A stretch of 64,000 nucleotides of DNA from a virus. Its lineage: Duplodnaviria > Caudoviricetes. This document shows positions 20,447 to 30,366 of this stretch, piece by piece. The stretch lies in the IMG/VR virus record IMGVR_UViG_3300027759_000043, one strand, 5' to 3'. Within the stretch, counting starts at the first letter, position 1; the number at the start of each line of letters is the position of its first letter. The notes under the pieces were generated by a model. That model was not told the origin of the DNA. It made no database searches and saw nothing but the letters and a program-made list of their open reading frames with translations. The translations under genes were made by a program, and so were the position numbers.

Positions 20447-20821
20447 TTAAACAAAACTGGCTCGTCTTGCTTGTTGATCAAAAAATATGCTTAATCTTTC
20501 TGCTGTGGTGCTAGGAACTATTTGTACTTGCAATTCTATTAATACTCCGTTCAGTTGAGGATAATAATTTACATCACTGAGATAGATTCTTGGATCGCCG
20601 CCGGCAATTCGTTGTATCTCTGCCAAGATAGCGGTCTGTGTAGTGGTATCTTGATTTTCAAAAACATAATCTAACAATGTGGAACCATAATCAGGACGTC
20701 CTGGTAGGGATCCTTGACGAATATTAAAAGCATTTAGTAAATCACGTTTGACTAATTCCCCGTCTGTAAGCGTGAATTTTTTGTACTGATTAATAGTGCT
20801 ATACCCGATAAATGTGGCCAT
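20447..20821 (-). CDS. Baseplate wedge subunit, T4 gp25-like
   Basis: 124 aa. LVKRDLLNAFNIRQGSLPGRPDYGSTL.DYVFE...DPRI pattern of the GPW/gp25 family. Confidence 0.85.
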   Translation of the reverse strand: MATFIGYSTINQYKKFTLTDGELVKRDLLNAFNIRQGSLPGRPDYGSTLLDYVFENQDTTTQTAILAEIQRIAGGDPRIYLSDVNYYPQLNGVLIELQVQIVPSTTAERLSIFFDQQARRASFV

Positions 20822-20826
20822 ACTAG

Positions 20827-20834
20827 TATTTATA
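20827..20834 (-). promoter_or_regulatory. Late promoter TATAAATA (exact T4 consensus)
   Basis: 5 nt upstream of the gp25-like ATG. Confidence 0.75.
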
Positions 20835-20842
20835 TCCTAACA

Positions 20843-22288
20843 TTACCAGAAACTAGCAATAAACTCAAAGGCCTCTTCGGCCAATGGTGCGGCGTCGGCT
20901 AGAACTGAGTCAGCGCCGCCTAATAGATCTGCAGGTAATTCAAATGCTGAAATATCAAGTTCGGCTAAATCAAGTGGTATGTCAAGTGCGGCTGACGAAA
21001 ATTCAATATTTGACAATATATCCGATGCTCCGGGTATGTTACTCAACAGGTCGGCTGCTCCTGGAAGATTACTGATCTTGCTCAGCAATTGCGAAGCACC
21101 TTGTATTTGATTCACAAGTCCTTGTCCTGATTTTATCAATGATAAAATCTGGTTGGCGCCAGGCACCTGAGATAGTACTGCTAATCCTGCAGATGACTGT
21201 GCCAGTTTAGTAAGTAAAATTGAAGATGACTGATTGACTGCAGCCACTTGTGAACTTTGCGCCCTTGCATCAACTCCCAACACTGGATTGGCAAATATGT
21301 TACTGGGTATTTTGTTATTACCTATTATGCTATTGAAAGCAGTATCTATTACTGAACGATTCACTGTGTTAGAATAACCTCGGGGAGTTTGAACACCTGT
21401 TTGCAATGGATTCCCGCCGCCACTAACTGACTGATTTACTGAGCCAAAATTCATACCAAATATGGATTGCACTGCAGAAGTGGTCAACTGACCGATATCA
21501 CTGCCACCTACTGTGTTATTCAACCATGCTGTGGTTGCGCCAGTACCATAATTGGCCGCATTATTGACCACTGCACCTAAATCTGTGTCGGAACCGAACA
21601 CATTATTTTTAGTATCCGATACCACACCTAATTCAGATAAGTTATCGTAACTGCTGGCCAGACAACTTTGTTGTGCCGCGCTCTGTAATGTGGAGTTGGT
21701 CAATACCGAATCAAGATTTTCTGCGCCGCCCTCACCGGTCCATACAGTGGGACTACTGAGTATGCTGACTGTGTTTGCAGGATCTTGATTGATCAAGTCT
21801 GCTGTGCCGGGTTTGATTAGGCCGGCCTGTTGCAATTGATCTGGTGTGAGTCCGTAAGTGCCCAGTCCCTTTTCATTTGTAACTTCTGTGGCTGGTTGAT
21901 TTACTGCCGCCGCTGTGCTTGACAACAGGCCTTGTACCTGTGTAGTTGATAGTGGTCCCACTACACTACCTGCCAAGACCGGTGTGTTAACAAACGTTGA
22001 TATTGTGGTGGGGTTCAGTACCGGAAGATTTGGTATCTTGGTTATGGCCGCACCAATTTGAGATATTGTGCTGGGTGTGATTGATGATGTCACTTGACTC
22101 AGAGCCGTAGCAAGTCCTCCTTTGGCCTGTACCAAACTGTTTAGTACATCACCAGCACGTAATCCTGTTAGACTACCAGTTGAGGATTGTTGATTAAAAA
22201 CAGCCAAGGCTTGATCGTAGGTGGATCCTGCTGGCCCTGTTAATTCAATTGGTTGGCCTGTGGGTGTGATAAACTTAAAAACGTTCAT
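20843..22288 (-). CDS. Baseplate-associated protein of unknown function
   Basis: 481 aa, S/A/T/Q/N-rich, overlaps the gp5-like stop, contains GLGTYGLTPDQLQQAGLIKPG. Confidence 0.55.
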   Translation of the reverse strand: MNVFKFITPTGQPIELTGPAGSTYDQALAVFNQQSSTGSLTGLRAGDVLNSLVQAKGGLATALSQVTSSITPSTISQIGAAITKIPNLPVLNPTTISTFVNTPVLAGSVVGPLSTTQVQGLLSSTAAAVNQPATEVTNEKGLGTYGLTPDQLQQAGLIKPGTADLINQDPANTVSILSSPTVWTGEGGAENLDSVLTNSTLQSAAQQSCLASSYDNLSELGVVSDTKNNVFGSDTDLGAVVNNAANYGTGATTAWLNNTVGGSDIGQLTTSAVQSIFGMNFGSVNQSVSGGGNPLQTGVQTPRGYSNTVNRSVIDTAFNSIIGNNKIPSNIFANPVLGVDARAQSSQVAAVNQSSSILLTKLAQSSAGLAVLSQVPGANQILSLIKSGQGLVNQIQGASQLLSKISNLPGAADLLSNIPGASDILSNIEFSSAALDIPLDLAELDISAFELPADLLGGADSVLADAAPLAEEAFEFIASFW

Positions 22289-23793
22289 TTAACTTGAAAA
22301 TCCCATCCTGCGGGCACTGGTTCAGCAGTGGGAGGTGGTGTGGGTTGCCCATCAACAAAATCTACCACCACACTCACACCCTGGTTATGATATTTATAGG
22401 GCTCATGTGTGGGTGCTCGTGTCACAATACTTTCCAATGCACCTGTTTTAACTTGCCAACCAGTGCTGTTGTTAAAACTGGTGTCGTCTAGTGTGCGTTT
22501 GGGATACAGTTTGGGAGGTGTCACTGTTTTGGCCGATCCGCCATTGAGATCAATACGTCCCGCTTTGAGTGCTAGTTTTGTTCCACCTTGCCAAGAACTT
22601 GAGGCGCCTTGCAGACTCAAACTGCCATCACTACGCACACCCAATGCGGCTGTGCTGTACAAAGTCATACCTGCTTCGGCCGCCAAGTTCATTGTGGTCA
22701 CAGCACCTATATTGGTGGCTGCGCCACTCTTCATGCTGATGTTGCCACCAGCATACATGTTGATATCTTTGTCAGCATGAAGATTAATTGTGCCTTCTGT
22801 GCGCACGTTTACACTGTTAGTAGAATACACATCTACTGTGCCTTCCACTCCCAGTTCAATCCAGGTTTGTCCATTGGCATGAGCGATGTAGATAAAGTCG
22901 TTGGAGTCATTCATCATGATCTGATGACCTTTGGCCGATCTTAAACGGAACAAGGCATTGTTACTGTCAAGGTCTCCATCGTCCATGACCAAGGTATGTC
23001 CGCCATAGCGACCGGTTACTTGTACGTCTTGTGGCTTTACGGAACCTTCGCTGAGTTGTTTACGAATTGTGTTGGGATCTTGACCCCCAGCATAGATGGG
23101 TATCCCCGGAGTAGATATACCATAAACTGTGCTGGGACTTTCTCGCTGTGCGCTTGAGCCAATGGGTCCACGTTCGGGGTCGTTGTTCAGTCCCTGTTGG
23201 AAATATATTGCGGCCTGTACTGAATGCACAGGCTTGGGTTGATCATAGAACCTGGGATTTTCATCAAGTTGTTTGTTTTCATTATTGATTTCAGTAACTG
23301 GCAATTGCGGTGAATTTGCAAAATATGCCGCTTGTGCTTGGTTGCCGGTGACATACTCACTCTTGGGCACCGCGCCAATTGCTGGAATCATACGGTTAAC
23401 ACCGGGATCAGGTATGCACCCTATGTAGTAGCCAAGGCTGGGATCACCGTTGACAAAGAAACACAAAACTCGTGTGCCTATGTCTGGGGTTGTGAACCAC
23501 ATGCCATAACTTTGTTGATTGCCTGGGTAGGTGCCTGGACCTGTACTGGTACTGGTTTTTTCTGTGACACCATAGAATGGGGACAGGTAATTTACTAGAC
23601 GCCACCCGCTGGGATTGTCTTCAGGGTTGTTGCCACTAAACTGTTCAATATAAACCCATAGTCGCCCTGATCTAATGCTGTCCACATTGTTTTTGACCAC
23701 ACCCACAAACGGTCCCATCTCAGCAGGGGTACCGCCGCGATCAAATTTAAAATTTTCTGATCTTCCTGAACTTCGCTCTAGGTTTTCTGCCAT
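22285..23793 (-). CDS. Baseplate central spike, gp5/VgrG-like (OB fold plus beta-helix, no lysozyme domain seen)
   Basis: 502 aa. GVVKNNVD..RSGRL.V OB-fold start, SYGMWFTTPDIGTRVLCFFVNGD, GGHTLVMDDG...RLRSAKGHQIMMND, and beta-helix-type repeats near the C-terminus. Confidence 0.8.
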   Translation of the reverse strand: MAENLERSSGRSENFKFDRGGTPAEMGPFVGVVKNNVDSIRSGRLWVYIEQFSGNNPEDNPSGWRLVNYLSPFYGVTEKTSTSTGPGTYPGNQQSYGMWFTTPDIGTRVLCFFVNGDPSLGYYIGCIPDPGVNRMIPAIGAVPKSEYVTGNQAQAAYFANSPQLPVTEINNENKQLDENPRFYDQPKPVHSVQAAIYFQQGLNNDPERGPIGSSAQRESPSTVYGISTPGIPIYAGGQDPNTIRKQLSEGSVKPQDVQVTGRYGGHTLVMDDGDLDSNNALFRLRSAKGHQIMMNDSNDFIYIAHANGQTWIELGVEGTVDVYSTNSVNVRTEGTINLHADKDINMYAGGNISMKSGAATNIGAVTTMNLAAEAGMTLYSTAALGVRSDGSLSLQGASSSWQGGTKLALKAGRIDLNGGSAKTVTPPKLYPKRTLDDTSFNNSTGWQVKTGALESIVTRAPTHEPYKYHNQGVSVVVDFVDGQPTPPPTAEPVPAGWDFQVK

Positions 23794-23802
23794 TGTTGTT
23801 CC

Positions 23803-25449
23803 TTATCCTGGGTTGCCGTCTTTGACTATGCGCTGTGGTCCTGTACGTATGCCAGGAAGTGCAGTGCCTTGATTATTATTTGTACCGGCTGCTGAAGCGG
23901 CTCTTGCAACTGCCAATGCCTGTACATCATTTTTGCCTGCTTTACGGGCTTCAACATAGGCAGGTGATCCACGTAACTCAGCATCAGCCGCGGTGGCCGG
24001 CACATCAACTGGATTCAAAATCTGTTGCACACCTTTGGCCAAACCAGTCTGTTGAGATGCCACTGCTTTGTTTCGTGTTTCTTGTTGTTGCTGTCTTTGT
24101 TGAGCGACCCGAGCCGTGTTGTCAACTGGTGTTGTGGTTTCACGCACTGTTGGCTGTGCCTGTTCAGTTTTGTCATATGTGACCCATGTCCCGCGTAACT
24201 CTTGTGTGAATTTACCACTTTTAAATGTGGACACTGCATCTAATGCCATGTATATAGTTGACACTGTGTTGAGTCCATCACTGCCCACAGTTGAGGACGC
24301 TGGGTCTGATGGGTCAATCAATCCAGTTTGTGGATTGTAATCTGCGGGAGTGTTAAAGGTGATTTGAAAATATGCACCGCTGGCAGTGGTATTGATAGCA
24401 CCATCGTTTAAAAAAGGTTTTGCTGAAAATAATCTGTCGGCAGTTACAATGTTTGGTACAGGCAACCAAGCAGGGTCTCCTACTATGGATATTTTTGCTT
24501 CGTGTAAGTCAGAAGTGTAAAGAAAATCAGCGGCGTTGGCCCCGGGCTCATTGGTGAGTTTGTCTCCACCTTGATTGCTTTGATTACTGGCCGGAAACGC
24601 ATTGGTTTTCCATCTCTGCACATACCCCGGATTGATTTGATCATTGACCTTGAGCACACGATTATCTGGTGCTCCTGTGCCTGTCAGTGCCTGAGTCCAT
24701 TGAGCATTATACGATTGTTCAAAACTCAAAACTGAATTGTTTTCGCCTGTGAACCAATATTGATAAGATTTGTGTACTCCTCTGTATTTTCCTGACGGAA
24801 AATATGTACTCAGCATGGGAGTTTCAAAAGGTACAATTGTAAATGTCATGCGATAAGCATAGTCATTTCGCAAGTTGTCATACTCAAGTTGTTTTATATC
24901 ACATAGAATTTGAAACCAGGCAAACTGTTCTGCCTGTTGCTGGCGTGTTTGCGGTTGAAATTTGCCGGTTGATTGATTCCAAATCTGTGTGGATTGATTT
25001 TGTATGTAGGTACTGCCTCTTATGGTCTGTTCAATAAATTGTACAATTTGTTGTCCAACAGTGGCTGCTCTTGCTCGAGATTTTGGATTCATGCTCTGCT
25101 TGCTGGGCAATAGTCTGTCGGCTGCGGTGCCACCGTTGGCCCCAACTGCTAGTGCTTTGTCAAGACCTTCGCCGGTCACCATTGATGCATCAGCAATAAT
25201 ACTGTCGCCAAATTTTATTTCATACACGTCAACTTGTTCAATTTTTCCAATTTTTAACAAATTCAGTTGATCATTGTTCAATGCTGCCACAAGACCTGTG
25301 CCCACTGTGTTTGTAGAAGGTTTGGGAGCGGCAGCGGCGTTGGGTGGTGCGGTGGTTGTGCTTGCAGTAATAGGATTTCCGTATACTCCTTCTGAATTTG
25401 GGTTCAGTGCTCTAGAATATCTTTGTCCAGGTGTAAGTGTAGTTGCCAT
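23803..25449 (-). CDS. Baseplate hub/tail protein, C-terminal-type half (gp27/Mu gp44-like position)
   Basis: 548 aa directly upstream of gp5. KSYQYWFTGEN..VLSFEQ, AKISIVGDPAWL and STFKSGKFTQELRG motifs; own AGGAGG ribosome-binding site. Confidence 0.55.
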   Translation of the reverse strand: MATTLTPGQRYSRALNPNSEGVYGNPITASTTTAPPNAAAAPKPSTNTVGTGLVAALNNDQLNLLKIGKIEQVDVYEIKFGDSIIADASMVTGEGLDKALAVGANGGTAADRLLPSKQSMNPKSRARAATVGQQIVQFIEQTIRGSTYIQNQSTQIWNQSTGKFQPQTRQQQAEQFAWFQILCDIKQLEYDNLRNDYAYRMTFTIVPFETPMLSTYFPSGKYRGVHKSYQYWFTGENNSVLSFEQSYNAQWTQALTGTGAPDNRVLKVNDQINPGYVQRWKTNAFPASNQSNQGGDKLTNEPGANAADFLYTSDLHEAKISIVGDPAWLPVPNIVTADRLFSAKPFLNDGAINTTASGAYFQITFNTPADYNPQTGLIDPSDPASSTVGSDGLNTVSTIYMALDAVSTFKSGKFTQELRGTWVTYDKTEQAQPTVRETTTPVDNTARVAQQRQQQQETRNKAVASQQTGLAKGVQQILNPVDVPATAADAELRGSPAYVEARKAGKNDVQALAVARAASAAGTNNNQGTALPGIRTGPQRIVKDGNPG

Positions 25450-26981
25450 TATAGTCCTCCTGCCCCAAATGCCACACCCTGGGGGTTAAAGGTGTTGGGA
25501 TCATTGCCTGTGTTGTTTGGCGGCGCAGAGACGATTGGTACACCATTTCTTGTGTTATCACCTGCTGCCTGGCTTGCTGTCTGCTGTTTGATTTGTCCAA
25601 CCAAGATATCTTTAACTGTGTTTCCTGTAAATTGTGCGTTAAAAGGAATGCTACCTCGATTGGTACTGTATCCAATTCCAGTTTCGGGTGTGGCTCCTTC
25701 TATTTTGTACTCCATCAGTTTACTGCCCATAGCATAATCAAATCTGTTCATTTGAAAAAAGATAAATTTTTCCACGGCTGCCTTGGGATCTGTGCTGCCA
25801 ACATTGTTGGTTATGGGTACAACCAGTTCACCTCTGTCGTTGTATCCATAGAAACGTATGACCATGCAGTACATTCCAGCGGCATAATTTGCTCGCAGAT
25901 CAGGTTTATTAGATTTTGCAAACATGTCTTGAACTGCGTTGTATAAATTTCTTGGCAAAGTAAATCCGTTGGGTTCACTAATTGTAAAGGACAAGTTAAT
26001 TACTTTTATAGGGCCGCCACTGGCAGACGTACCAGGATAGGCTGTGTGAATCACTAGATTGTCTATGTAATAATCTAGATTGAAGAAAGGGCTTCGAGAA
26101 GCACCAACTGGAGCAGTTGGTCCAGTGGCCGATTGTGTCACTCCACTTTGTACAAAATTTATATCCATGGGCATGGTATAACCGCTGGTGCCTGGGCTGT
26201 TTCCGGCTCCGCCACTTTGTGCCAGCAAGTAATATCCGTTGAGATTTTTTTTAATTTGATCAACAGTGACGTTGTAGGCCACTGGGTCTACCAGATACCA
26301 ACTGAGCGAGTAGGTATAACTGTAATAATCGTCAAGCACATTAGATTTTGAAGTTATAAAATTATTTTTGGCCGCATAGAGATTATCCAGTTGATTGACC
26401 ACAACTGAAGGTGTTTGTGGGGTGTTGTCATCTCCCCTTGCCCCTGCTCCTGGACCACCGGTGTCTGTTCTGCGAGGGTCATTTGCGGCAAAACCAGCGG
26501 TGGACCGTGCTGGCCCAGCACCAGCATTACTTAGGTTGTTGATGGCTTGTGTTTGAGAGAGTGGCCTTACGTTGGCATCTGTACCGTTTGTGGGGTTGCG
26601 TTCGCTTGTGGGAGTTGCTTGAGCATTTGTGCCTGCTGGCGCCCCTTCAGGCACAATGCGACCAGTAGGAGTGATTACTTCTTGACCAGTAGGTGGGCGG
26701 TTAGCATTGGCCCCTTCATCTCGAGCCAGGTTAGCATTGCCCACAATGGCGCCTGAACTGGCCACTGGCTGTGCGGCAAAATTATTGAACTCAATTAAAA
26801 ATGTGTTTAATTGCTGTTGCAGGCCGGCTAGATAGGTTCGGCCGCTTTCAATTTGCTGTTGTAATCTTGTGTTGCCGGGATTTTGTGCCAGTGAGGCTTC
26901 GTCTCTAGCAATGTTTGCTACGGTTTGTTTGATTGCGGCTTGAATTCTCGCTACGTCAGCGGCCCAAGGATTGCTTGCCAT
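25449..26981 (-). CDS. Baseplate hub/tail protein, N-terminal-type half
   Basis: Likely start MASNPW at 26981 (510 aa), 2 nt after the gp53-like stop; the track's 27104 start overlaps gp53. NVLDDYYSYTYSLSWYL, FFNLDYYIDNL, FTISEPNGFTL and YCMVIRFYGY motifs follow a low-complexity N-terminus. Confidence 0.6.
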   Translation of the reverse strand: MASNPWAADVARIQAAIKQTVANIARDEASLAQNPGNTRLQQQIESGRTYLAGLQQQLNTFLIEFNNFAAQPVASSGAIVGNANLARDEGANANRPPTGQEVITPTGRIVPEGAPAGTNAQATPTSERNPTNGTDANVRPLSQTQAINNLSNAGAGPARSTAGFAANDPRRTDTGGPGAGARGDDNTPQTPSVVVNQLDNLYAAKNNFITSKSNVLDDYYSYTYSLSWYLVDPVAYNVTVDQIKKNLNGYYLLAQSGGAGNSPGTSGYTMPMDINFVQSGVTQSATGPTAPVGASRSPFFNLDYYIDNLVIHTAYPGTSASGGPIKVINLSFTISEPNGFTLPRNLYNAVQDMFAKSNKPDLRANYAAGMYCMVIRFYGYNDRGELVVPITNNVGSTDPKAAVEKFIFFQMNRFDYAMGSKLMEYKIEGATPETGIGYSTNRGSIPFNAQFTGNTVKDILVGQIKQQTASQAAGDNTRNGVPIVSAPPNNTGNDPNTFNPQGVAFGAGGL

Positions 26982-26983
26982 GT

Positions 26984-27283
26984 TTAGAATCCTAACACAC
27001 TTCTTAGTGTAGTGATTTTGGGTAGATAGATTTGTACGCCAGCCTTGAAGTCCAAGGGAGGGGCAGTGAGTGTGTTGGGATTGCGTTGATAAAACACCCA
27101 CCACAAGGCCGGTGTAGTGTACAAGTCATAGGCCAGGAGGTCTGGCCTGTACTGATAGGTTTGATTGATCAACATGATTTGATCATCAGTTTCTTTGGGT
27201 ATGGGTCTGTTGGTCATTGTGTCCAAAAAGAACTGACTGTATCCTGTGGTATAGTAAGGACTGGTTGCATTGTATGTGGCCAT
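26984..27283 (-). CDS. Baseplate wedge protein, T4 gp53-like (LysM-like)
   Basis: 99 aa. YQYRPDLLAYDLY.TPALWWVF..RNP motif. Confidence 0.85.
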   Translation of the reverse strand: MATYNATSPYYTTGYSQFFLDTMTNRPIPKETDDQIMLINQTYQYRPDLLAYDLYTTPALWWVFYQRNPNTLTAPPLDFKAGVQIYLPKITTLRSVLGF

Positions 27284-29355
27284 TACCAGAATCCTCCTCT
27301 GAGTAGATTGCCATTGGCATATTCTTTAACGCTGAACTGTTTGCTAACTTGATTGCGTGTTTGTACAGGTAGCAGGGTCAATGAAATCTCCAATTTAGTT
27401 GGTACGTAAGTAGGTTGATTTTCTCCCAGTGTGGGTGGACCAGGTGGGTAGAACAATGCACCTTTGTTTATGCCTTGACTGCTGAAAAGATTTTGTAGTC
27501 GGGCCACTGCACCCGAAATAGGATTGGTTGGCAAGTCTTGTCTGCTTCGACGAGTCAATAAATCGGTACCATTTACATTGATTGATCTTGCACGTATGTA
27601 GTCCACATCACTAGGTAGGTTATAATTAAAACTGGACACCACGCATGGGTGTTGACTGAATTGAAACTCGCCCAGACCTGTCAGGTAAACCAAGGGAGGT
27701 GGTGCTCCACGAAAATCTGTTGTGTCTTGGCCGTAAAACATCTTGGTCACTGAACGGAAGAAATGTATCACCGCCAACAAATACTGCGCTTCAGTTGTGT
27801 CTTGTGCTGTAAATGAAGCCGTCATGTTCACAGCATCTGCATAACTGCTCTTGTAAAAATATCCTTTGTAATTGCTATGGGTTAATGCATAACTTTCGTA
27901 GTCGGCCTTGTAACCTATTTCAATTTTGGGAGTGTACGGAAATATCACTCCACCAGTTTGTCTTAGTGGCCACAATATACCTGGTTGTGGTGCATTGTAT
28001 AGGTATTGAGCGCTGGGAGCCAACTGCAACCGTACTCGCCAGTCACTGTTGTTGGGGATACGTCTTTGAGTGGCCACCACCTGCTGGCGTTGTGCCAGTT
28101 GGCGACCCACTTCCGCAGCCGCTGCCGCCTCTTGTTCAGCATCAGGATTGGCACCAAAGAATGGTGCGGTGGCAGTTGTGGCGGTTGTGGTTGCTATACC
28201 TGCTGTGTTAGCATTGACTGCCGCGGCAGTGGTAGTTGGATTCACTGCCGCACCAGTGGCAGCGGTTGCTGTGACGTTGGGATCAACGTTGATCGGAACC
28301 ACAGTGGTGTTTGAAGGACCAGTACTGTCTCGATATACTGCGGCGTTCTCGTTGATGCTTGCTTCGTTGAATTGTATTGTGTCTTGTGTGGTAGTAATGT
28401 AGGCTTGATTTTCAGTTACGCTTTGTGTTTGGTTAAAAATATTTTGTACCTGAGCGGCGTTGTTGGCTTCAAGTTCTGCTCGGCGTTCTGCACTGATGTT
28501 AGGATCGGCCAACTCAGCATTTTGCTGTGCAATAATACTTTCACTATCCACAATTTTTTGTTGTGCTGACTGAATAGTTTGATTTGCGGTTGCAATGCCT
28601 GCAGTACCTCTGGCAATTGCGGCACCAGCCTCCTCAATGTTTGTCAAGAAAGGATTAGGAGTTTCTGAATAAGAATTTTGGCGGGCGGCCGCGGCCACTG
28701 TCTGGCGGTATTCTGTGCGTGGTCCTACTTCTGGATCAGCAACAGCAGTGGGTGCCAGATTTGTTGGGGTGTGATTGAACTGATTAATTCTAAGTTGTTG
28801 TTCTTGAGTAATTGCTACATTTGCAGGCAGTAGTTGTCGTCCTTGTGAATTAACAGGATACGATAGTCCTGTTACCGGATTGAACGCAACACCGTTTGAA
28901 TCAACATACACAGATACTGGTGCGGCAGATGTGTTGACAGCGTATTTTGGGTTTTCTACCCATTCACCATTTGCATCTTTAATAAACGAATCTGGCGGGC
29001 CAGCAAGATTGCTTTGGCCCGGTTTCACTGCTGTGGCAGTTTTATTCACTGCATTCTGGACAGTTTGTGCAGTTGGTGTGTTGGGATCAACAAAGTTGTT
29101 GATAAATGCTGGATTGATATTTCTTGTTATTTGTGCTGTTTGTTCAGCATTGAGAATGTTTAAACCGTATGCATCTTGAGTAGGGTTTGCGGCTGTGTCT
29201 GTTATTTGTCCTGGATAGGTGTCGTCCCACCAGGCGGGATTGCCGGCCTCATCAGCCACCTGTTCACCTGAGTTGTCTTCTGTTACAGCACCGTCCGGCT
29301 GTATTTCTGCAGGCACATCTTCGGGTGCGGTCCAGATAAAATTTTCTTCATCCAT
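27283..29355 (-). CDS. Baseplate-tail tube initiator (gp54/gp48-like C-terminal domain) with long low-complexity N-terminus
   Basis: 690 aa. C-terminal DWRVRL...GVIFPYTP.I...Y.A.Y....THSNY...FTAQ...YLLAVIHFFRSVTKMFYG...GAPPPLVYL.G.G domain. Confidence 0.7.
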   Translation of the reverse strand: MDEENFIWTAPEDVPAEIQPDGAVTEDNSGEQVADEAGNPAWWDDTYPGQITDTAANPTQDAYGLNILNAEQTAQITRNINPAFINNFVDPNTPTAQTVQNAVNKTATAVKPGQSNLAGPPDSFIKDANGEWVENPKYAVNTSAAPVSVYVDSNGVAFNPVTGLSYPVNSQGRQLLPANVAITQEQQLRINQFNHTPTNLAPTAVADPEVGPRTEYRQTVAAAARQNSYSETPNPFLTNIEEAGAAIARGTAGIATANQTIQSAQQKIVDSESIIAQQNAELADPNISAERRAELEANNAAQVQNIFNQTQSVTENQAYITTTQDTIQFNEASINENAAVYRDSTGPSNTTVVPINVDPNVTATAATGAAVNPTTTAAAVNANTAGIATTTATTATAPFFGANPDAEQEAAAAAEVGRQLAQRQQVVATQRRIPNNSDWRVRLQLAPSAQYLYNAPQPGILWPLRQTGGVIFPYTPKIEIGYKADYESYALTHSNYKGYFYKSSYADAVNMTASFTAQDTTEAQYLLAVIHFFRSVTKMFYGQDTTDFRGAPPPLVYLTGLGEFQFSQHPCVVSSFNYNLPSDVDYIRARSINVNGTDLLTRRSRQDLPTNPISGAVARLQNLFSSQGINKGALFYPPGPPTLGENQPTYVPTKLEISLTLLPVQTRNQVSKQFSVKEYANGNLLRGGFW

Positions 29356-29373
29356 GTTTGTTCCTTGACCCTG

Positions 29374-29380
29374 TATTTAC
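29374..29380 (-). promoter_or_regulatory. Late promoter motif GTAAATA heading the baseplate operon
   Basis: Upstream of the 29355 start, divergent from the sigma70-like promoter. Confidence 0.7.
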
Positions 29381-29411
29381 CCAAAAAATTAACTGCTATG
29401 TTTATAAAAGG

Positions 29412-29439
29412 TTGACAAGTACTAAGAATGTGTTACAAT
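29412..29439 (+). promoter_or_regulatory. Sigma70-like promoter for the late sigma factor gene
   Basis: TTGACA 29412-29417, 16-nt spacer including an extended -10 TG, TACAAT 29434-29439. Confidence 0.7.
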
Positions 29440-29466
29440 AAGTAATATTTTAAAGGAATCCAGTTA

Positions 29467-30360
29467 ATGACTGTAACTGTACGTGCTACACCCAAAACAA
29501 ACTATCTCAACAATAGAGATATCCTCAAAGAGATTCACCTAAGTAAAAACACCTACTGCACTTTTCGAGACCCTGCGCTGGATCATCAATTTGACATCAT
29601 CTTGCCCAGTGTCAGTAAGATCAATCAAAAGACTGTGGCTGAGGCTAGACGTAATCGAGCAGATCGTCTCAAACGCGAAGGTACTATAGTGGATCCCAAA
29701 AAGATACCCAACACAGACATTGTGTTCCGTATCACTTGTTGGGATCATATTCCCATGGCCGCCAAGAAGATCACCAAGGCTGAAGCCAAAAAGCGCCGGT
29801 TAGAAGACCTGTTGGAACTGGATGATGTTGTAGAAGATCCATTAGCGGACCTTGTGGAGGAGCCAATTTTGAATCCTACTCACATGCGAGTTAACTTTCC
29901 CCCGTTCTGGCATTACAGAATTGATGACAACAAGGTGCCGTTTGTGGTGGGTAAAAGCCACTGGCGGGGTGACTTAGACACAGGCGAGTTCTGTAAAGAA
30001 CATGGCAAAATGACTCGAACTTTGGCCAACATGTTCATGAAACTATGCGAAAGATATGCTACAAGGAGTAACTGGCGTGGGTACACATACAACGAAGAAA
30101 TGCGGGGACAAGCCCTGTTGCAACTCAGTCAAATCGGATTGCAGTTTGACGAGTCAAAATCGCAGAACCCTTTTGCGTATTATACTGCCGCTATCACTAA
30201 TAGTTTCACTCGTATCCTAAACATTGAAAAGAAAAATCAAAACATTCGAGACGACATTTTGGAAATGAACGGGCTCAATCCTTCATGGACTCGCCAGAAC
30301 TCAGGCAAACACAGCATGGCTGCCATGTCCGGACCGGTTGTATCTAGTCTTGATGAGTAG
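29467..30360 (+). CDS. Late-transcription sigma factor, T4 gp55-like
   Basis: NYLNNRDILKEI N-terminus and MKLCERYA..SNWRGYTYNEEM...QFDESKSQNPFAYYT....NSF.RIL..EKK core. Confidence 0.85.
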   Translation: MTVTVRATPKTNYLNNRDILKEIHLSKNTYCTFRDPALDHQFDIILPSVSKINQKTVAEARRNRADRLKREGTIVDPKKIPNTDIVFRITCWDHIPMAAKKITKAEAKKRRLEDLLELDDVVEDPLADLVEEPILNPTHMRVNFPPFWHYRIDDNKVPFVVGKSHWRGDLDTGEFCKEHGKMTRTLANMFMKLCERYATRSNWRGYTYNEEMRGQALLQLSQIGLQFDESKSQNPFAYYTAAITNSFTRILNIEKKNQNIRDDILEMNGLNPSWTRQNSGKHSMAAMSGPVVSSLDE

Positions 30361-30366
30361 TATAAT
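30338..30366 (+). promoter_or_regulatory. Sigma70-like promoter upstream of gp47
   Basis: TTGTAT 30338-30343, 17-nt spacer, TATAAT 30361-30366. Confidence 0.55.

Noticed and set aside
25440-25465. Stop-codon reassignment or readthrough explaining the split hub gene
   Set aside because: The stop is TAA, the second ORF is in a different frame with its own RBS, and other genes up to 12 kb are intact in code 11.
1512-29179. Numerous short plus-strand ORFs over the baseplate module
   Set aside because: Antisense or alternative-frame shadows of well-supported minus-strand genes.
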